A DNA stretch of 60,647 nt, counting the filler. It is 4 parts of 4 records of this genome, joined end to end, with 100 filler letters (N's around TTAATTAATTAA, not from the genome) between each part and the next. Parts side by side here need not be neighbours in the genome. Positions count along the whole stretch, not along the records: positions 1 to 26,067 come from SRR22947725_4537; 3 more parts are not named here. The stretch is one strand, 5' to 3'. A program made the position numbers and the translations under genes. How positions within the stretch are numbered: position 1 is the stretch's first letter; each line of letters opens with the position of its first letter. The notes beneath the pieces are model-generated. The model was not told where the DNA came from, ran no database searches, and was given only the letters and a program-made list of their open reading frames with translations. Positions 10,201 through 20,849 of the stretch are shown here, piece by piece.

Positions 10201-10836
10201 ATGACGCTACGTAAAATTTTTTGGATAGTTTTTGTGGTCTTGGTCATCGACCAAGTACTTAAGGCTTACATAAAGCTGAATTACTCACTAACTTTTTACG
10301 GAAGCGATGCCATTATTGATTGGGGATGGTTTCGGTTGTTATTTGTTGAAAATAAAGGAATGGCCTGGGGCGCAAGACTCAATGACATTGTTCCATTTAT
10401 ATCCGATCATACGGCAAAGCTACTACTTAGTATTTTCCGTCTTTTAGCAGTTTCTGGAATTGGTTATTGGTTAGTTCGTGCTGTAAAACAACACGCCCCT
10501 AAAGGGCAATTGATAGCTGTATCCTTAATTTTTGCGGGAGCACTGGGGAACATTATCGATTCGGTTTTTTACGGCCTTCTTTTTTCGAATAGCTTTGGTC
10601 AAATTGCGACCTTCTTACCTGCTGAAGGAGGATATGCCCCATTGATGTTTGGGCATGTAGTAGATATGTTTCAGTTTCCTATGGTTTCTTGGACGTGGCC
10701 ACAATGGATTCCAGGATTTGGCGGAAATAGCTTTACTTTTTTTGAACCTGTTTTTAATGTAGCAGATAGCGCCATAAGTATTGGCGTCGTTTTGTTGTTA
10801 TTGCAACAACGAAAGACAGCAGTTCAAAACGAATAA
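10201..10836 (+). CDS. lspA: Lipoprotein signal peptidase II
   Basis: DQVLK, VENKGMAWG, GALGNIID, VVDM and PVFNVAD catalytic-Asp motifs; hydrophobic segments. Confidence 0.95.
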   Translation: MTLRKIFWIVFVVLVIDQVLKAYIKLNYSLTFYGSDAIIDWGWFRLLFVENKGMAWGARLNDIVPFISDHTAKLLLSIFRLLAVSGIGYWLVRAVKQHAPKGQLIAVSLIFAGALGNIIDSVFYGLLFSNSFGQIATFLPAEGGYAPLMFGHVVDMFQFPMVSWTWPQWIPGFGGNSFTFFEPVFNVADSAISIGVVLLLLQQRKTAVQNE

Positions 10837-11378
10837 ACTTTGGCTGGAGTGACAATAACGTCAAGGGGTTGATCGGTAGCTTCTAGCCCATCGATCAAGT
10901 TTACAGCATCAAAATAAGAAATCCCAATAGTTTTTACACTTGAAGAACAACGTGTCAAAAACCGATCATAATATCCTTTTCCATATCCTACCCGATGCCC
11001 AGTTTTATCAAAGCACAATAGTGGGACAACAACTGTTGTAATATTGGTCGACTCAATTATTACATTATCTACAGGCTCCGGGATACCCCATTGGTTTAAT
11101 GAAAGAGGAGTGTTTTTTTGCCATAACACAGCTTCCATATGCCCAATGTCATCACGTACTTTTGGGACACAAATTTGGTAGTCACTTAGCGCATCAAACC
11201 AGCGTTTTGTTGGAAGTTCTTGGTTTATAGACATATACAGCATTACTACTTTTCCTTGGATAAGTTTTTTTGAAGTTGTAGCAGCAAGAATATCTTGGCT
11301 AGCACGATCTAATTCTGAGGCAGAAAGAATGCTTCTTTTGTTGTGATAATGCTGCCGTAAGAACTTCTTATTGTGCAT
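10824..11378 (-). CDS. 5-formyltetrahydrofolate cyclo-ligase
   Basis: N-terminal KKFLRQ, WGIPEP, VVPLLCFDKTGHRVGYGKGYYDRFL, DQPLD. Start placed at ATG 11378 rather than the track's 11399. Confidence 0.93.
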   Translation of the reverse strand: MHNKKFLRQHYHNKRSILSASELDRASQDILAATTSKKLIQGKVVMLYMSINQELPTKRWFDALSDYQICVPKVRDDIGHMEAVLWQKNTPLSLNQWGIPEPVDNVIIESTNITTVVVPLLCFDKTGHRVGYGKGYYDRFLTRCSSSVKTIGISYFDAVNLIDGLEATDQPLDVIVTPAKVYSF

Positions 11379-11425
11379 GTCTAAATATAACAGTTTCACT
11401 GGTAAGTTTTTGTATTTTAGTCTCC

Positions 11426-13225
11426 ATGACTAAGGAGGTCCTAAAACAACAAGTTTCTTCTCTTCCAAACGAGCCGGGGGTATATCAATACTACAACGAG
11501 CAGCTTGATATAATTTATGTAGGCAAGGCAAAAGACCTTAAAAAAAGGGTGTCGTCGTATTTTAGAAAAAAGGTGGATTCGCGTAAAACCAAAAACTTAG
11601 TCAATGCAATTCATAGTCTAAAGCACATTGTTGTTCCTACCGAGTCGGACGCATTAATTTTGGAAAACACCCTTATAAAAGAACACCAACCCAAGTACAA
11701 TATTTTATTGCGTGATGATAAAACCTACCCGTGGATTTGTATCAAAAAAGAACGCTATCCCAGAGTATTTGCAACCCGTAAAGTTATCCAAGACGGATCG
11801 GAATATTTTGGTCCTTTCACAAATTCCAAAACCATTCGAGTTATCCTTGACTTAATTAATGAGTTGTATCCATTGCGGACATGTCACTATGATTTAACTC
11901 AAGAAAACATTGCTAGCGAAAAGTATAAGGTTTGTTTAGAATACCATATTGGAAATTGTTTGGCTCCCTGTGCTGGCAAGCAAACCACAACGCATTATGA
12001 AGAAGCCATTGGCCATATTCGCGCGATATTACAGGGGAAATTTAATCAGGTAAAGGAAGCCTTTAAAAAAGAAATGAGTGCAGCCGCCGAAACCCTTCAG
12101 TTTGAACACGCCCAAAAAGTCAAGCTAAAAATGGAGGCATTACAACATTATCAAGCCAAGTCAGCTGTTGTAAGCGCCAAAGTTAATGCCGTTGATGTTT
12201 GTACGATTGTCTCGGACGAGACTACAGCTTTTGTCAATTTTCTTCAGGTAGCATACGGGTCTATTGTTCGGTTTCATAGTCTTAGCCTAAAAAAGAAACT
12301 AGATGAAACTGACGAAGAAATTCTCCGCGTTGCAGTAGTAGAATTGCGGCGTCGTTTTGAGTCCACTTCAAAAGAGGTTTTACTTCCCTTTCAAGTTGAT
12401 TTAGGAGAAGATGTTCGAGTAACCGTTCCCAAAATTGGTGATAAAAAACACCTTTTGAGCTTATCCATGCGCAATGCCAAACAAAACCGATTAGAACAAC
12501 TTAAGCAGATCAAGCTTATTGACCCAGAGCAACACGCACAACGTATTATGGCTCAAATGCAACGTGATTTACGCCTACCAGAACTTCCCACACACATTGA
12601 GTGTTTTGATAATTCCAATATTCAAGGGAGCAATCCAGTTGCTGCATGTGTAGTTTTTCGTCAGGGAAAACCTAGCAAAAAGGAATACCGCCATTACAGC
12701 ATTAAAACGGTGGAAGGGCCCGATGATTTTGCATCAATGGAGGAGGTTGTATTTCGTCGGTATAAACGCTTGCTAAATGAAGGCCAACCCTTACCACAAC
12801 TGGTTGTTATTGATGGCGGAAAAGGGCAGCTAAGCGCTGCACTTAAAAGTTTTGATGTACTGGGTATTCGTGGGAAAGTGGCCATATTGGGGATTGCAAA
12901 ACGTTTGGAAGAACTCTATTTCCCAAATGACCCGATTCCCTTATATTTGGATAAACGCTCTGAAACACTACGGATAATTCAACAACTTCGTAACGAAGCA
13001 CATCGTTTTGGCATTCGGTTACATCGAAACAAGCGTAGTAAGGACGCCATTCACTCTACGCTAGAAACTATTCCCGGTGTTGGAGAAAAAACAATAACGG
13101 AGTTATTAAAAAAATTCAAATCCGTGAAGCGGATTAAAGAAGCCTCAAAAGAAGTCCTAACCCAAACCCTTGGCCCTATAAAAGCCAAAATCGTATATGA
13201 GCACCTACACAATGAAACATTTTAG
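11426..13225 (+). CDS. uvrC: Excinuclease ABC subunit C
   Basis: GIY-YIG PGVYQY...IYVGKAKDLKKRV, Cys cluster RTC...CLEYHIGNCLAPC, RNase H-like ECFDNS and DGGKGQ, RNEAHRF, C-terminal HhH IPGVGEK. Confidence 0.97.
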   Translation: MTKEVLKQQVSSLPNEPGVYQYYNEQLDIIYVGKAKDLKKRVSSYFRKKVDSRKTKNLVNAIHSLKHIVVPTESDALILENTLIKEHQPKYNILLRDDKTYPWICIKKERYPRVFATRKVIQDGSEYFGPFTNSKTIRVILDLINELYPLRTCHYDLTQENIASEKYKVCLEYHIGNCLAPCAGKQTTTHYEEAIGHIRAILQGKFNQVKEAFKKEMSAAAETLQFEHAQKVKLKMEALQHYQAKSAVVSAKVNAVDVCTIVSDETTAFVNFLQVAYGSIVRFHSLSLKKKLDETDEEILRVAVVELRRRFESTSKEVLLPFQVDLGEDVRVTVPKIGDKKHLLSLSMRNAKQNRLEQLKQIKLIDPEQHAQRIMAQMQRDLRLPELPTHIECFDNSNIQGSNPVAACVVFRQGKPSKKEYRHYSIKTVEGPDDFASMEEVVFRRYKRLLNEGQPLPQLVVIDGGKGQLSAALKSFDVLGIRGKVAILGIAKRLEELYFPNDPIPLYLDKRSETLRIIQQLRNEAHRFGIRLHRNKRSKDAIHSTLETIPGVGEKTITELLKKFKSVKRIKEASKEVLTQTLGPIKAKIVYEHLHNETF

Positions 13226-15419
13226 CTTTCTACTATTATTTATCACATGTTTAGCAACCGCACAACCCGCAACGGAAGATCTTAAAGTTGGCCTTATTCT
13301 AAGCGGAGGTGGTGCTAAAGGGATGGCGCATGTGGGGGTGCTAAAAGAAATTGAACGCGCTGGAGTTCGCATCGACTACATTGGCGGAACTAGTATGGGA
13401 GCCATTATTGGAGGTCTGTACGCATGTGGATACACTGCAGATCAGTTGGAGCAATTACTAGTAGAATCGGATTTAAACGACTTGGTTAATGATAGTTTTG
13501 ATAGAGATTTTAAGTCTTTTGATGATAAGGAAGATAGCGAACGGTATGCAATCACCCTACCGCTTTACAAAGGAGAAATACAGTTTCCTATTTCTTTTTC
13601 GAAAGGTCAAAACATCTATAATTTATTTGTGCAACTCATGCACGACCAGCGCAATATTCGAGACTTTAGCCAGTTACCGATTCCCTTTTACTGTATGGCA
13701 ACAGATGTGGATACAGGAGAAAAGGTGCTTTTGGACAAAGGCTTTTTACCCTTAGCAGTAAACGCAAGTAGCGCGCTACCTACACTGTTTTCACCAGTAA
13801 AAATACAAGGGCGTTCACTTATTGACGGCGGTGTTTCTGACAACTACCCTATAGGTGAAATGCTTGAAAAGGACATTGATATTATAATAGGAGTAGACGT
13901 ACAATCAAGCTTAAGCACAGAAGAAGAAGCAACATCATTTTCAGAAATTTTACTTCGAATTAGTAGTTTTCAAACCGAGAAGGAAATGGCTCCAAAAAAA
14001 GAAAAAACAGACATCTATATTCATCCTGAACTAAGCGAATACAATTTGCTTTCATTCTCCGATCAGAAAGCTATAATTGCTCTTGGAGAGCAAGCAGGCA
14101 AAGAAGCCTCAGATCAATTAGTAGCGTTGGCAAAACAACAAAAACCAACGGTTCGTCCAATAAAATACACACCAACTACTTTTCAATTAGACGTCTTGTC
14201 TCTATCAAAACCCAAGAATTACAACTACAATTATTTAAAAGGAAAAATCAGATTAAAAACTTCATCTCGTTATCCATTTGAAAAATTGCGTGGAGGGATG
14301 ACCAATTTAGCCGCCACACAAAATTTCGAAGCTTTTCGCTATACTCTTACAACACAAAACGGGAAAGAAACCCTTTCACTTAAGTTAACAGAAACAAAGC
14401 ACAAGGCGCTTTTTCGTGGGAGTATAAATTACAACGATTTAATGGGCGCTTCTGCACTTGTAAACCTAACGCGAAGACACCTGTTATTAAAAAACGACGA
14501 GACATCGTTAGATATTATTTTTGGTGAATACTTTAGATATGCGTTTTCCTATTTTATTGATAAAGGGCGGTTTTGGAGTATTGGATTTAGCTCAACATTA
14601 GACCAATTTGAAACGCAAACCCCCTTTACTGTTAAGGCAGTAGATTCTAAAACTACTTTTGAAGCATCACAAATACGAGTATTTGCACAGCGGACCATGT
14701 TTTATGTTCAGACATTGTTTAGAGAAGAAATGGTCTTAGGGGCTGGATTGGGATACCAACGAAATAGACTTAAAACAGACGTATTTGACAGTCAAAAAGA
14801 GGCTTTTTTATTTGCTGATAATGCAGGGTATTACAGTGCTCTTGGGTACTTAAAAATTGATACTCGTGATGATGCATTTTACCCTAAGCGAGGAGGTTTT
14901 TTTGATGGCTCTATGGAATATTATTATGCAGTAAAATCTTTTGACCACCAAATCGATTTTAGCCCTTTTGTAATAGGAAAGGCACAGATGGGAGCGACAT
15001 TCCCGCTTGGAAAAAAACAGACACTTTCTTTAAATACCATGGGTGGATTCACTATTGGAAGTCCAACCGTTTCTACTTTTGATTTTAGGCTTGGCGGATA
15101 TGGCAACGCCCCTGTATTGAATTACCACCCATTTGTTGGTTTAACACAACACCATGTAGGGGGAGATAGTTTTATTAAAGGAGAAATTATAGTAGATTAC
15201 GAGTTTATTCCAAAACACCACGCCAGATTATTGATGCATGCTGGGATAATAAAAGATGATATTTTTAATTCTAGTGATTGGATTAACACCCCAGACTACT
15301 TTGGCACAGCATTAGCATATGGATTAGAGACCTTTTCAGGGCCAGTTGAATTCATTGCCGCATATAGTCCACAGATTAAACGCATGGTATATCACATAAG
15401 TCTTGGCTGGAGATTTTAA
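13212..15419 (+). CDS. Patatin-like phospholipase with C-terminal beta-barrel (PlpD/type Vd-like architecture)
   Basis: Signal peptide MKHFSF...; LSGGGAKG oxyanion loop, GTSMG nucleophile, DGG; Omp85-like C-terminus DTRDDAFYPKRG...ISLGWRF. Confidence 0.88.
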   Translation: MKHFSFLLLFITCLATAQPATEDLKVGLILSGGGAKGMAHVGVLKEIERAGVRIDYIGGTSMGAIIGGLYACGYTADQLEQLLVESDLNDLVNDSFDRDFKSFDDKEDSERYAITLPLYKGEIQFPISFSKGQNIYNLFVQLMHDQRNIRDFSQLPIPFYCMATDVDTGEKVLLDKGFLPLAVNASSALPTLFSPVKIQGRSLIDGGVSDNYPIGEMLEKDIDIIIGVDVQSSLSTEEEATSFSEILLRISSFQTEKEMAPKKEKTDIYIHPELSEYNLLSFSDQKAIIALGEQAGKEASDQLVALAKQQKPTVRPIKYTPTTFQLDVLSLSKPKNYNYNYLKGKIRLKTSSRYPFEKLRGGMTNLAATQNFEAFRYTLTTQNGKETLSLKLTETKHKALFRGSINYNDLMGASALVNLTRRHLLLKNDETSLDIIFGEYFRYAFSYFIDKGRFWSIGFSSTLDQFETQTPFTVKAVDSKTTFEASQIRVFAQRTMFYVQTLFREEMVLGAGLGYQRNRLKTDVFDSQKEAFLFADNAGYYSALGYLKIDTRDDAFYPKRGGFFDGSMEYYYAVKSFDHQIDFSPFVIGKAQMGATFPLGKKQTLSLNTMGGFTIGSPTVSTFDFRLGGYGNAPVLNYHPFVGLTQHHVGGDSFIKGEIIVDYEFIPKHHARLLMHAGIIKDDIFNSSDWINTPDYFGTALAYGLETFSGPVEFIAAYSPQIKRMVYHISLGWRF

Positions 15420-15442
15420 CACTTTAGATTGATGCTTTTACG

Positions 15443-15450
15443 TATTTTTG
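15443..15450 (+). promoter_or_regulatory. Bacteroidota -7 promoter element (TATTTTTG)
   Basis: Exact TAnnTTTG just upstream of the ATGs at 15456/15459. Confidence 0.5.
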
Positions 15451-15455
15451 CCCTT

Positions 15456-16283
15456 ATGATGAATAAACAGTGGTTATGGTTATTTGCACTTGTTTGTACA
15501 AATCCTCTTTTTGCTCAAGAAGTTTTAGACAATAGCGCTGTTCAAAATGCTCTAAACGAGCAAACCCACGAGTCTTTTCAGGGTGGAGAATGGTTTAAGT
15601 TTAGGATACACTACGGCATATTTAATGCAAGCTATGCAACTATTGCCGTTGATGAAGAAATTTGGGAGGGTAAACCTGTTTATCACGCAAAAGGGATTGG
15701 CAGAACTACAGGATTGGCACGATGGTTTTTTAAATTGGATGATTTTTACGAATCATATTTTACAAAAGATATTATTCGCCCGTTAAATTTTATTCGAAAC
15801 ATTAACGAAGGAGGCTATAAAAAACACGTGATCATTCGCTTTGACCATGAAAAGTCTACAGCCAACGTCAACGACTTACTTAAAAAGAAAAAGGGAACAT
15901 TTAGCACAGCACCTCAAGTACAAGACCTTATTTCATGTTTTTATTTTTTGCGCAATCAATTTGACGTTTCTTCAATTAACAAAGGAGAATTTATCGTTGT
16001 AAATTTGTTTTTTGACGAATCGAATTATGCGTTTAAGTTTAAATATTTAGGAAAAGAACAATTAAAAACGAAATTCGGTTATGTAAACACGCTAAAATTC
16101 CGACCCTATGTCCAGTCGGGAAGGGTGTTTAACAGCAGCGAAATTATTACACTTTGGGTAAGCGACGACCACAATAAAATTCCATTACGCTTGCAAGCGG
16201 CCTTACGTGTGGGAAGTATAACCGCCGACTTAGATGCATTTAAAGGACTCAAAAACCCATTTGAAATTGTTGTTAAAAATTAA
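15456..16283 (+). CDS. DUF3108-family exported protein
   Basis: Signal peptide; FQGGEWFKFRIHYG, G.E.LKTKFG, LWVSDD.NKIP patterns typical of DUF3108 in Bacteroidota. Confidence 0.75.
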   Translation: MMNKQWLWLFALVCTNPLFAQEVLDNSAVQNALNEQTHESFQGGEWFKFRIHYGIFNASYATIAVDEEIWEGKPVYHAKGIGRTTGLARWFFKLDDFYESYFTKDIIRPLNFIRNINEGGYKKHVIIRFDHEKSTANVNDLLKKKKGTFSTAPQVQDLISCFYFLRNQFDVSSINKGEFIVVNLFFDESNYAFKFKYLGKEQLKTKFGYVNTLKFRPYVQSGRVFNSSEIITLWVSDDHNKIPLRLQAALRVGSITADLDAFKGLKNPFEIVVKN

Positions 16284-17514
16284 TCACTTTTTACTGCTTT
16301 GCGCAGTATTGGCGACACTTTCATGTAGTCGCGAAAAGGATAAAATACCAGAAACTATTACTCCTGCTCCAGAGCAAGAAGTGTTTTCCTTTGGATTTCG
16401 ACTTAATGACTTTGAAGTGGTTCGTGATACCGTACGCAGCGGAGACACGTTTACTGATATTTTTCTTTCAAAAGGATTTAATCACCAACAGATTTATAAT
16501 ATAAATCGTAAAACTAAAAAGCGGTATAACTTTAGAAAAATTCAACCTAAAAGGCCCTATGCGTTTTTATTTACTAAAGACTCTTTAGCAACTCCAATAG
16601 CATTTGTTTACCAACCGTCTATGTTCGACTATGTGGTTGTGCACCTCAAAGACTCCATTTATGCAGAGCAGCGTAAAAAGGAAGTTAAGTTGCGCGCTTT
16701 TGAAGCGCAAGGAGTTATTACTAGTTCGCTTTCTGAAACCTTAGATGCCCAGCGTCTTAGCCCACTTTTGGCGTATGATTTATCTGATATTTATGCATGG
16801 AGCATCGATTTTTTCCGATTAGAAAAGGGCGATCGTTTTAAAATTGTTTATACACAGAAATATGTAGATGATTCAATCTATGTTGGGCTAAATCGCATTC
16901 ACGCTGCGTATTTCGAACACCGAAAAAAGCCCTATTATGCGATCGAATTTGAATCTGATTCCGAGAAAGGCATTACTGAGTTTTTTGATGAAGATGGTAA
17001 AAACTTACGACGTGCTTTTTTGCAAGCCCCAGTTCAATTCTCACGTATTTCTTCTCGTTACAATAAGCGTCGACGTATTTCGTATTATGGCAAAACAAAA
17101 CCGCACTACGGAACAGATTTTGCCGCCCCAGTCGGTACTCCAATTCGAGCTACTGCAAGTGGGACTGTTATAGCATCAGGATATACGCGAGGCAACGGAA
17201 ATTATGTAACACTAAGGCATAACGGAACTTACAAGACACAATATTTGCATATGAAAAAGCGAAAGGTTCGAAAGGGACAATTTGTTCAGCAGGGAGACTT
17301 GATAGGTACTGTTGGCATGACTGGATACACTTCCGGCCCACACGTTTGCTACCGTTTTTGGAAAAACGGAAAACAAGTAGATCCTTTTAGACAACAATTA
17401 CCTGAAGCAAAGCCAATTGCTCCTGCATTAAAAAAACAATACATGGTAGAGATGCAACCATTAAAAGAAGCACTAGACTGTATCGAATTTCATCTTTCAG
17501 AATCAACATCATAA
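16234..17514 (+). CDS. M23-family peptidoglycan DD-metalloendopeptidase (lipoprotein)
   Basis: Lipobox LSC; HYGTDFAAP (HxxxD), YLHM and GPHVCY. The true start is probably a downstream TTG near 16267. Confidence 0.9.
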   Translation: MHLKDSKTHLKLLLKINHFLLLCAVLATLSCSREKDKIPETITPAPEQEVFSFGFRLNDFEVVRDTVRSGDTFTDIFLSKGFNHQQIYNINRKTKKRYNFRKIQPKRPYAFLFTKDSLATPIAFVYQPSMFDYVVVHLKDSIYAEQRKKEVKLRAFEAQGVITSSLSETLDAQRLSPLLAYDLSDIYAWSIDFFRLEKGDRFKIVYTQKYVDDSIYVGLNRIHAAYFEHRKKPYYAIEFESDSEKGITEFFDEDGKNLRRAFLQAPVQFSRISSRYNKRRRISYYGKTKPHYGTDFAAPVGTPIRATASGTVIASGYTRGNGNYVTLRHNGTYKTQYLHMKKRKVRKGQFVQQGDLIGTVGMTGYTSGPHVCYRFWKNGKQVDPFRQQLPEAKPIAPALKKQYMVEMQPLKEALDCIEFHLSESTS

Positions 17515-17515
17515 T

Positions 17516-19147
17516 ATGTCATTTACAAACACAAATCCAACCGCTACAACAAGTTGGAAAAATTTAGAAAAACTCGCAAACAGCAGAAGTACTTTACACG
17601 CGTATTTCAATGCGGACTCTGAACGCGCTACTGCGTTTTCAATAGCCTGGGATCAGTTTTTTGTGGACTACTCCAAAACCCATATCGATGCTGAGATTAA
17701 AGCAAGCTTAGTTTCACTTGCTAAGGAAGTAGGCTTAGAAGGTGCTCGAGAAGCGTATTTTGGGGGCTCAACGATCAATCAAACAGAAGGCCGTGCGGTA
17801 CTTCATACGGCCTTACGGGCAAAGCAAGATTCCGACATTCGTGTGGATGGGACCAATGTTGTTCCAGAAGTTTACGCTGTACGAAAAAAGATCCGTGCGT
17901 TTAGCGAGTCGGTTATTGATGGAAGTAAAAAAAGCAGCTCCGGACAGGCGTTTACCGATGTAGTAAATATTGGTATCGGAGGGTCTGATTTGGGCCCCGC
18001 CATGATTACAGAAGCATTAGGATATTATAAAAACCATCTTAATGTTCACTTTATATCAAATGTTGACGGAGATCATGTGATGGAAGTCCTAAAAAAAGTG
18101 AATCCCAAGACCACACTATTTGTAGTTGTTTCCAAAACCTTTAGCACACAAGAAACATTGACCAATGCCACTACTGCAAAAAAATGGCTCGTAAATGAAC
18201 TTGGAGAAGCTGCAGTGGGGGATCATTTTGTGGCAGTATCTACTAACTTGTCAGCAATAGATGCGTTTGGCATTCAAGCTGAAAACGTATTTCCTATGAA
18301 TGATTGGGTAGGCGGACGCTTTTCGCTGTGGAGCGCAGTTGGCCTTTCTGTAGCACTGGCTGTTGGCCCAGATAACTTTGAAGCGCTGCTCGAAGGAGCC
18401 AATGCCATGGATACGCATTTTGAAACGACCCCTTTGGAGGATAATATTCCCGTAATGTTAGCCTTGATTACCGTGTGGTACAATAACTTTTTGGATGCGC
18501 AGTCCGAAGCCATTATTCCCTATTCGCAATACTTGCATCGCCTACCAGCCTATTTGCAACAAGGAATTATGGAAAGCAATGGAAAATCTGTTGATCGGGA
18601 TGGCGTACAAGTTACTTATGAAACTGGGAATATTATTTGGGGTGAACCGGGGACCAACTCTCAACATGCATTTTTCCAGCTTATGCACCAAGGAACCAAA
18701 CTGATTCCTGCTCATTTTATTGGGTTTACTAACCCCCTTCATGGAAATCAAGACCACCACGACAAGCTGATGGCAAACTTTTTTGCACAAACCGAAGCCT
18801 TGATGCAAGGAAAAACAGAAACACAAGTCCGCGAAGAATTGGTTGAAAAGGGAATTACAGGAACAGCTTTAGAAAAACTAGTCCCATTTAAAAAATTTAA
18901 CGGAGATAATCCCACCACCACACTTCTTATTGAGAAACTAACCCCCAAAACATTAGGAGCACTTGTTGCTATGTATGAGCACAAAATTTTTGTGGAAGGT
19001 GTAGTATGGAATATTTACAGTTATGATCAATGGGGCGTAGAACTTGGAAAGCAATTGGCCAATGTGATTCTTAAGGAGTTTTCTTCTAAAGAAGAAGTTG
19101 CGCATGATGCCTCAACGGCACAATTACTTGCACGATACAAGCGTTAG
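17516..19147 (+). CDS. pgi: Glucose-6-phosphate isomerase
   Basis: EGRAVLHTALR, IGIGGSDLGP, SKTFSTQET, DWVGGRFSLWS, MESNGK, YDQWGVELGK. Confidence 0.98.
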   Translation: MSFTNTNPTATTSWKNLEKLANSRSTLHAYFNADSERATAFSIAWDQFFVDYSKTHIDAEIKASLVSLAKEVGLEGAREAYFGGSTINQTEGRAVLHTALRAKQDSDIRVDGTNVVPEVYAVRKKIRAFSESVIDGSKKSSSGQAFTDVVNIGIGGSDLGPAMITEALGYYKNHLNVHFISNVDGDHVMEVLKKVNPKTTLFVVVSKTFSTQETLTNATTAKKWLVNELGEAAVGDHFVAVSTNLSAIDAFGIQAENVFPMNDWVGGRFSLWSAVGLSVALAVGPDNFEALLEGANAMDTHFETTPLEDNIPVMLALITVWYNNFLDAQSEAIIPYSQYLHRLPAYLQQGIMESNGKSVDRDGVQVTYETGNIIWGEPGTNSQHAFFQLMHQGTKLIPAHFIGFTNPLHGNQDHHDKLMANFFAQTEALMQGKTETQVREELVEKGITGTALEKLVPFKKFNGDNPTTTLLIEKLTPKTLGALVAMYEHKIFVEGVVWNIYSYDQWGVELGKQLANVILKEFSSKEEVAHDASTAQLLARYKR

Positions 19148-19159
19148 TGGCAGTATAGT

Positions 19160-20848
19160 TTATTGAATATCCTTAATTCGAAGCTGTAACGAAATATTCC
19201 CTTGCCAAGTGTTTTCTTCCAAAGCATATGCAATCTGCAAAGGACTCCCTGATTTCAGTAAATCGATAGAACTTCCAAGCCCAAATCCAATAGCGTCAAT
19301 AGGGGTGCTTTCACCTTGACTAAGCCGTGCTTTTAGGTGTGTTTTATCGTTCCCTATTAATTTTGCAGAACCACTATCTGTAACTTCTTCAGCAAAAAAC
19401 ACAGGGCTTCTGTTTTCTGGACCAAAAGGCTCCATTTGTTTTAGTAGACGCAGTAATTTAGGCGAGATTGCATCAAAAGGAAGCGCTACATCAACGTCTA
19501 ATACACGCTCTTTTTGCTCAGGCATTAGAGTTTTTTTCACTTCAGCATCAAATGCCTTTTTAAACGCCTCGTATGCATGTTCTTTTAGCGTGACACCTGC
19601 AGCATATTTGTGCCCGCCAAATTGTATAATATGCGCACTACAGGCCTCGATCGCCTTATACACATCAAATCCGCGAACTGAACGAGCAGATGCCGCTAGC
19701 ACCCCTTCGCTTGCTCGCGTGAAAACAAGTGTAGGTCTGTAGTATGTTTCAATAAGCCTTGAAGCAACGATGCCAATAACTCCTTTATGCCAATGCGAGG
19801 CGTAAACAACAGTTGTTGCGCCATTCTGTTCATTGTTTTCTTCAATTTGCGCTAAGGCTTCCTGCGTAATTTCTTGCTCTACACTCCGGCGCGAGGTATT
19901 AAAAACTTCAATTTCTTTTGCCATATGTTGCGCCAGCTCTTCTGTCGGAGCCAACATCAATTCTACGGCATAAAGCCCGTGCTTCATGCGCCCTGCAGCA
20001 TTTATTCTGGGCGCAATACCGAAGACTACATCTGAAATAAGTTGTTCGTTAGGCTTATCTCGCATGAGGGCTTTTAGCCCTGGTCTCGGATTTGCATTGA
20101 GCCGTTGGAGGCCCAAAAAGGCTAAGGCTCTATTTTCATTCGTGATAGGCACAATATCTGCTGCGATAGCTACAGCAACAAAATCCAAATATTCGAGTAA
20201 TAAAGTATTATCTCCCCCTTGCTGTTGTACAATCCCTTGTATTAACTTAAACCCTACACCACACCCACAAAGTTCTTTGTACGGATATTCGCAATCGCTG
20301 CGTTTGGGGTCTAAAACGGCATAGGCCTCTGGTAGGATTTTTCCTGGAGTGTGGTGATCACAAACAATGACATCTATGCCCAAGGATTTTGCATAAGCAA
20401 TTTGTTCGACGGCTTTAATTCCACAATCTAACGCGATCATGCAGCGGATGTTCTGCTTATGTGCGGTATCGATCCCTAGCATAGAAAGACCATACCCCTC
20501 AGCGTATCGATCAGGAACATAAGGAGTAGCAGGGACACCCTGACTACGTAAAAAATGAGTAAGCATACTCACCGATGTGGTTCCATCTACATCATAATCA
20601 CCATAGACCATAATGGGCTCTTTATGATCAATAGCATGTTGAATTCGCTTCACGCTTTTCTTCATGTCTTGCATTAAGAACGGATCGTGAAGTTGACTCC
20701 AATTTGGTCTAAAAAATGTTTTTGCTTCTTCAAAAGTCCGAATGCCACGTTGCACCAGCAATACGGCAATAATTTCAGAAACGCCCAGGCATTCCATTAG
20801 GTCCTTTACGAGGCTTTTATCAGGAATTGTTTTTCGACTCCAACGCAT
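19160..20848 (-). CDS. recJ: Single-stranded-DNA-specific exonuclease RecJ
   Basis: YGDYDVDG, PDRYAEGYG, DCG, DHH, PRINAAGR, GGH..AAG, PFGPEN. Start moved to ATG 20848 (MRWSRK), just after the rsmI stop. Confidence 0.96.
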   Translation of the reverse strand: MRWSRKTIPDKSLVKDLMECLGVSEIIAVLLVQRGIRTFEEAKTFFRPNWSQLHDPFLMQDMKKSVKRIQHAIDHKEPIMVYGDYDVDGTTSVSMLTHFLRSQGVPATPYVPDRYAEGYGLSMLGIDTAHKQNIRCMIALDCGIKAVEQIAYAKSLGIDVIVCDHHTPGKILPEAYAVLDPKRSDCEYPYKELCGCGVGFKLIQGIVQQQGGDNTLLLEYLDFVAVAIAADIVPITNENRALAFLGLQRLNANPRPGLKALMRDKPNEQLISDVVFGIAPRINAAGRMKHGLYAVELMLAPTEELAQHMAKEIEVFNTSRRSVEQEITQEALAQIEENNEQNGATTVVYASHWHKGVIGIVASRLIETYYRPTLVFTRASEGVLAASARSVRGFDVYKAIEACSAHIIQFGGHKYAAGVTLKEHAYEAFKKAFDAEVKKTLMPEQKERVLDVDVALPFDAISPKLLRLLKQMEPFGPENRSPVFFAEEVTDSGSAKLIGNDKTHLKARLSQGESTPIDAIGFGLGSSIDLLKSGSPLQIAYALEENTWQGNISLQLRIKDIQ

Positions 20849-20849
20849 A

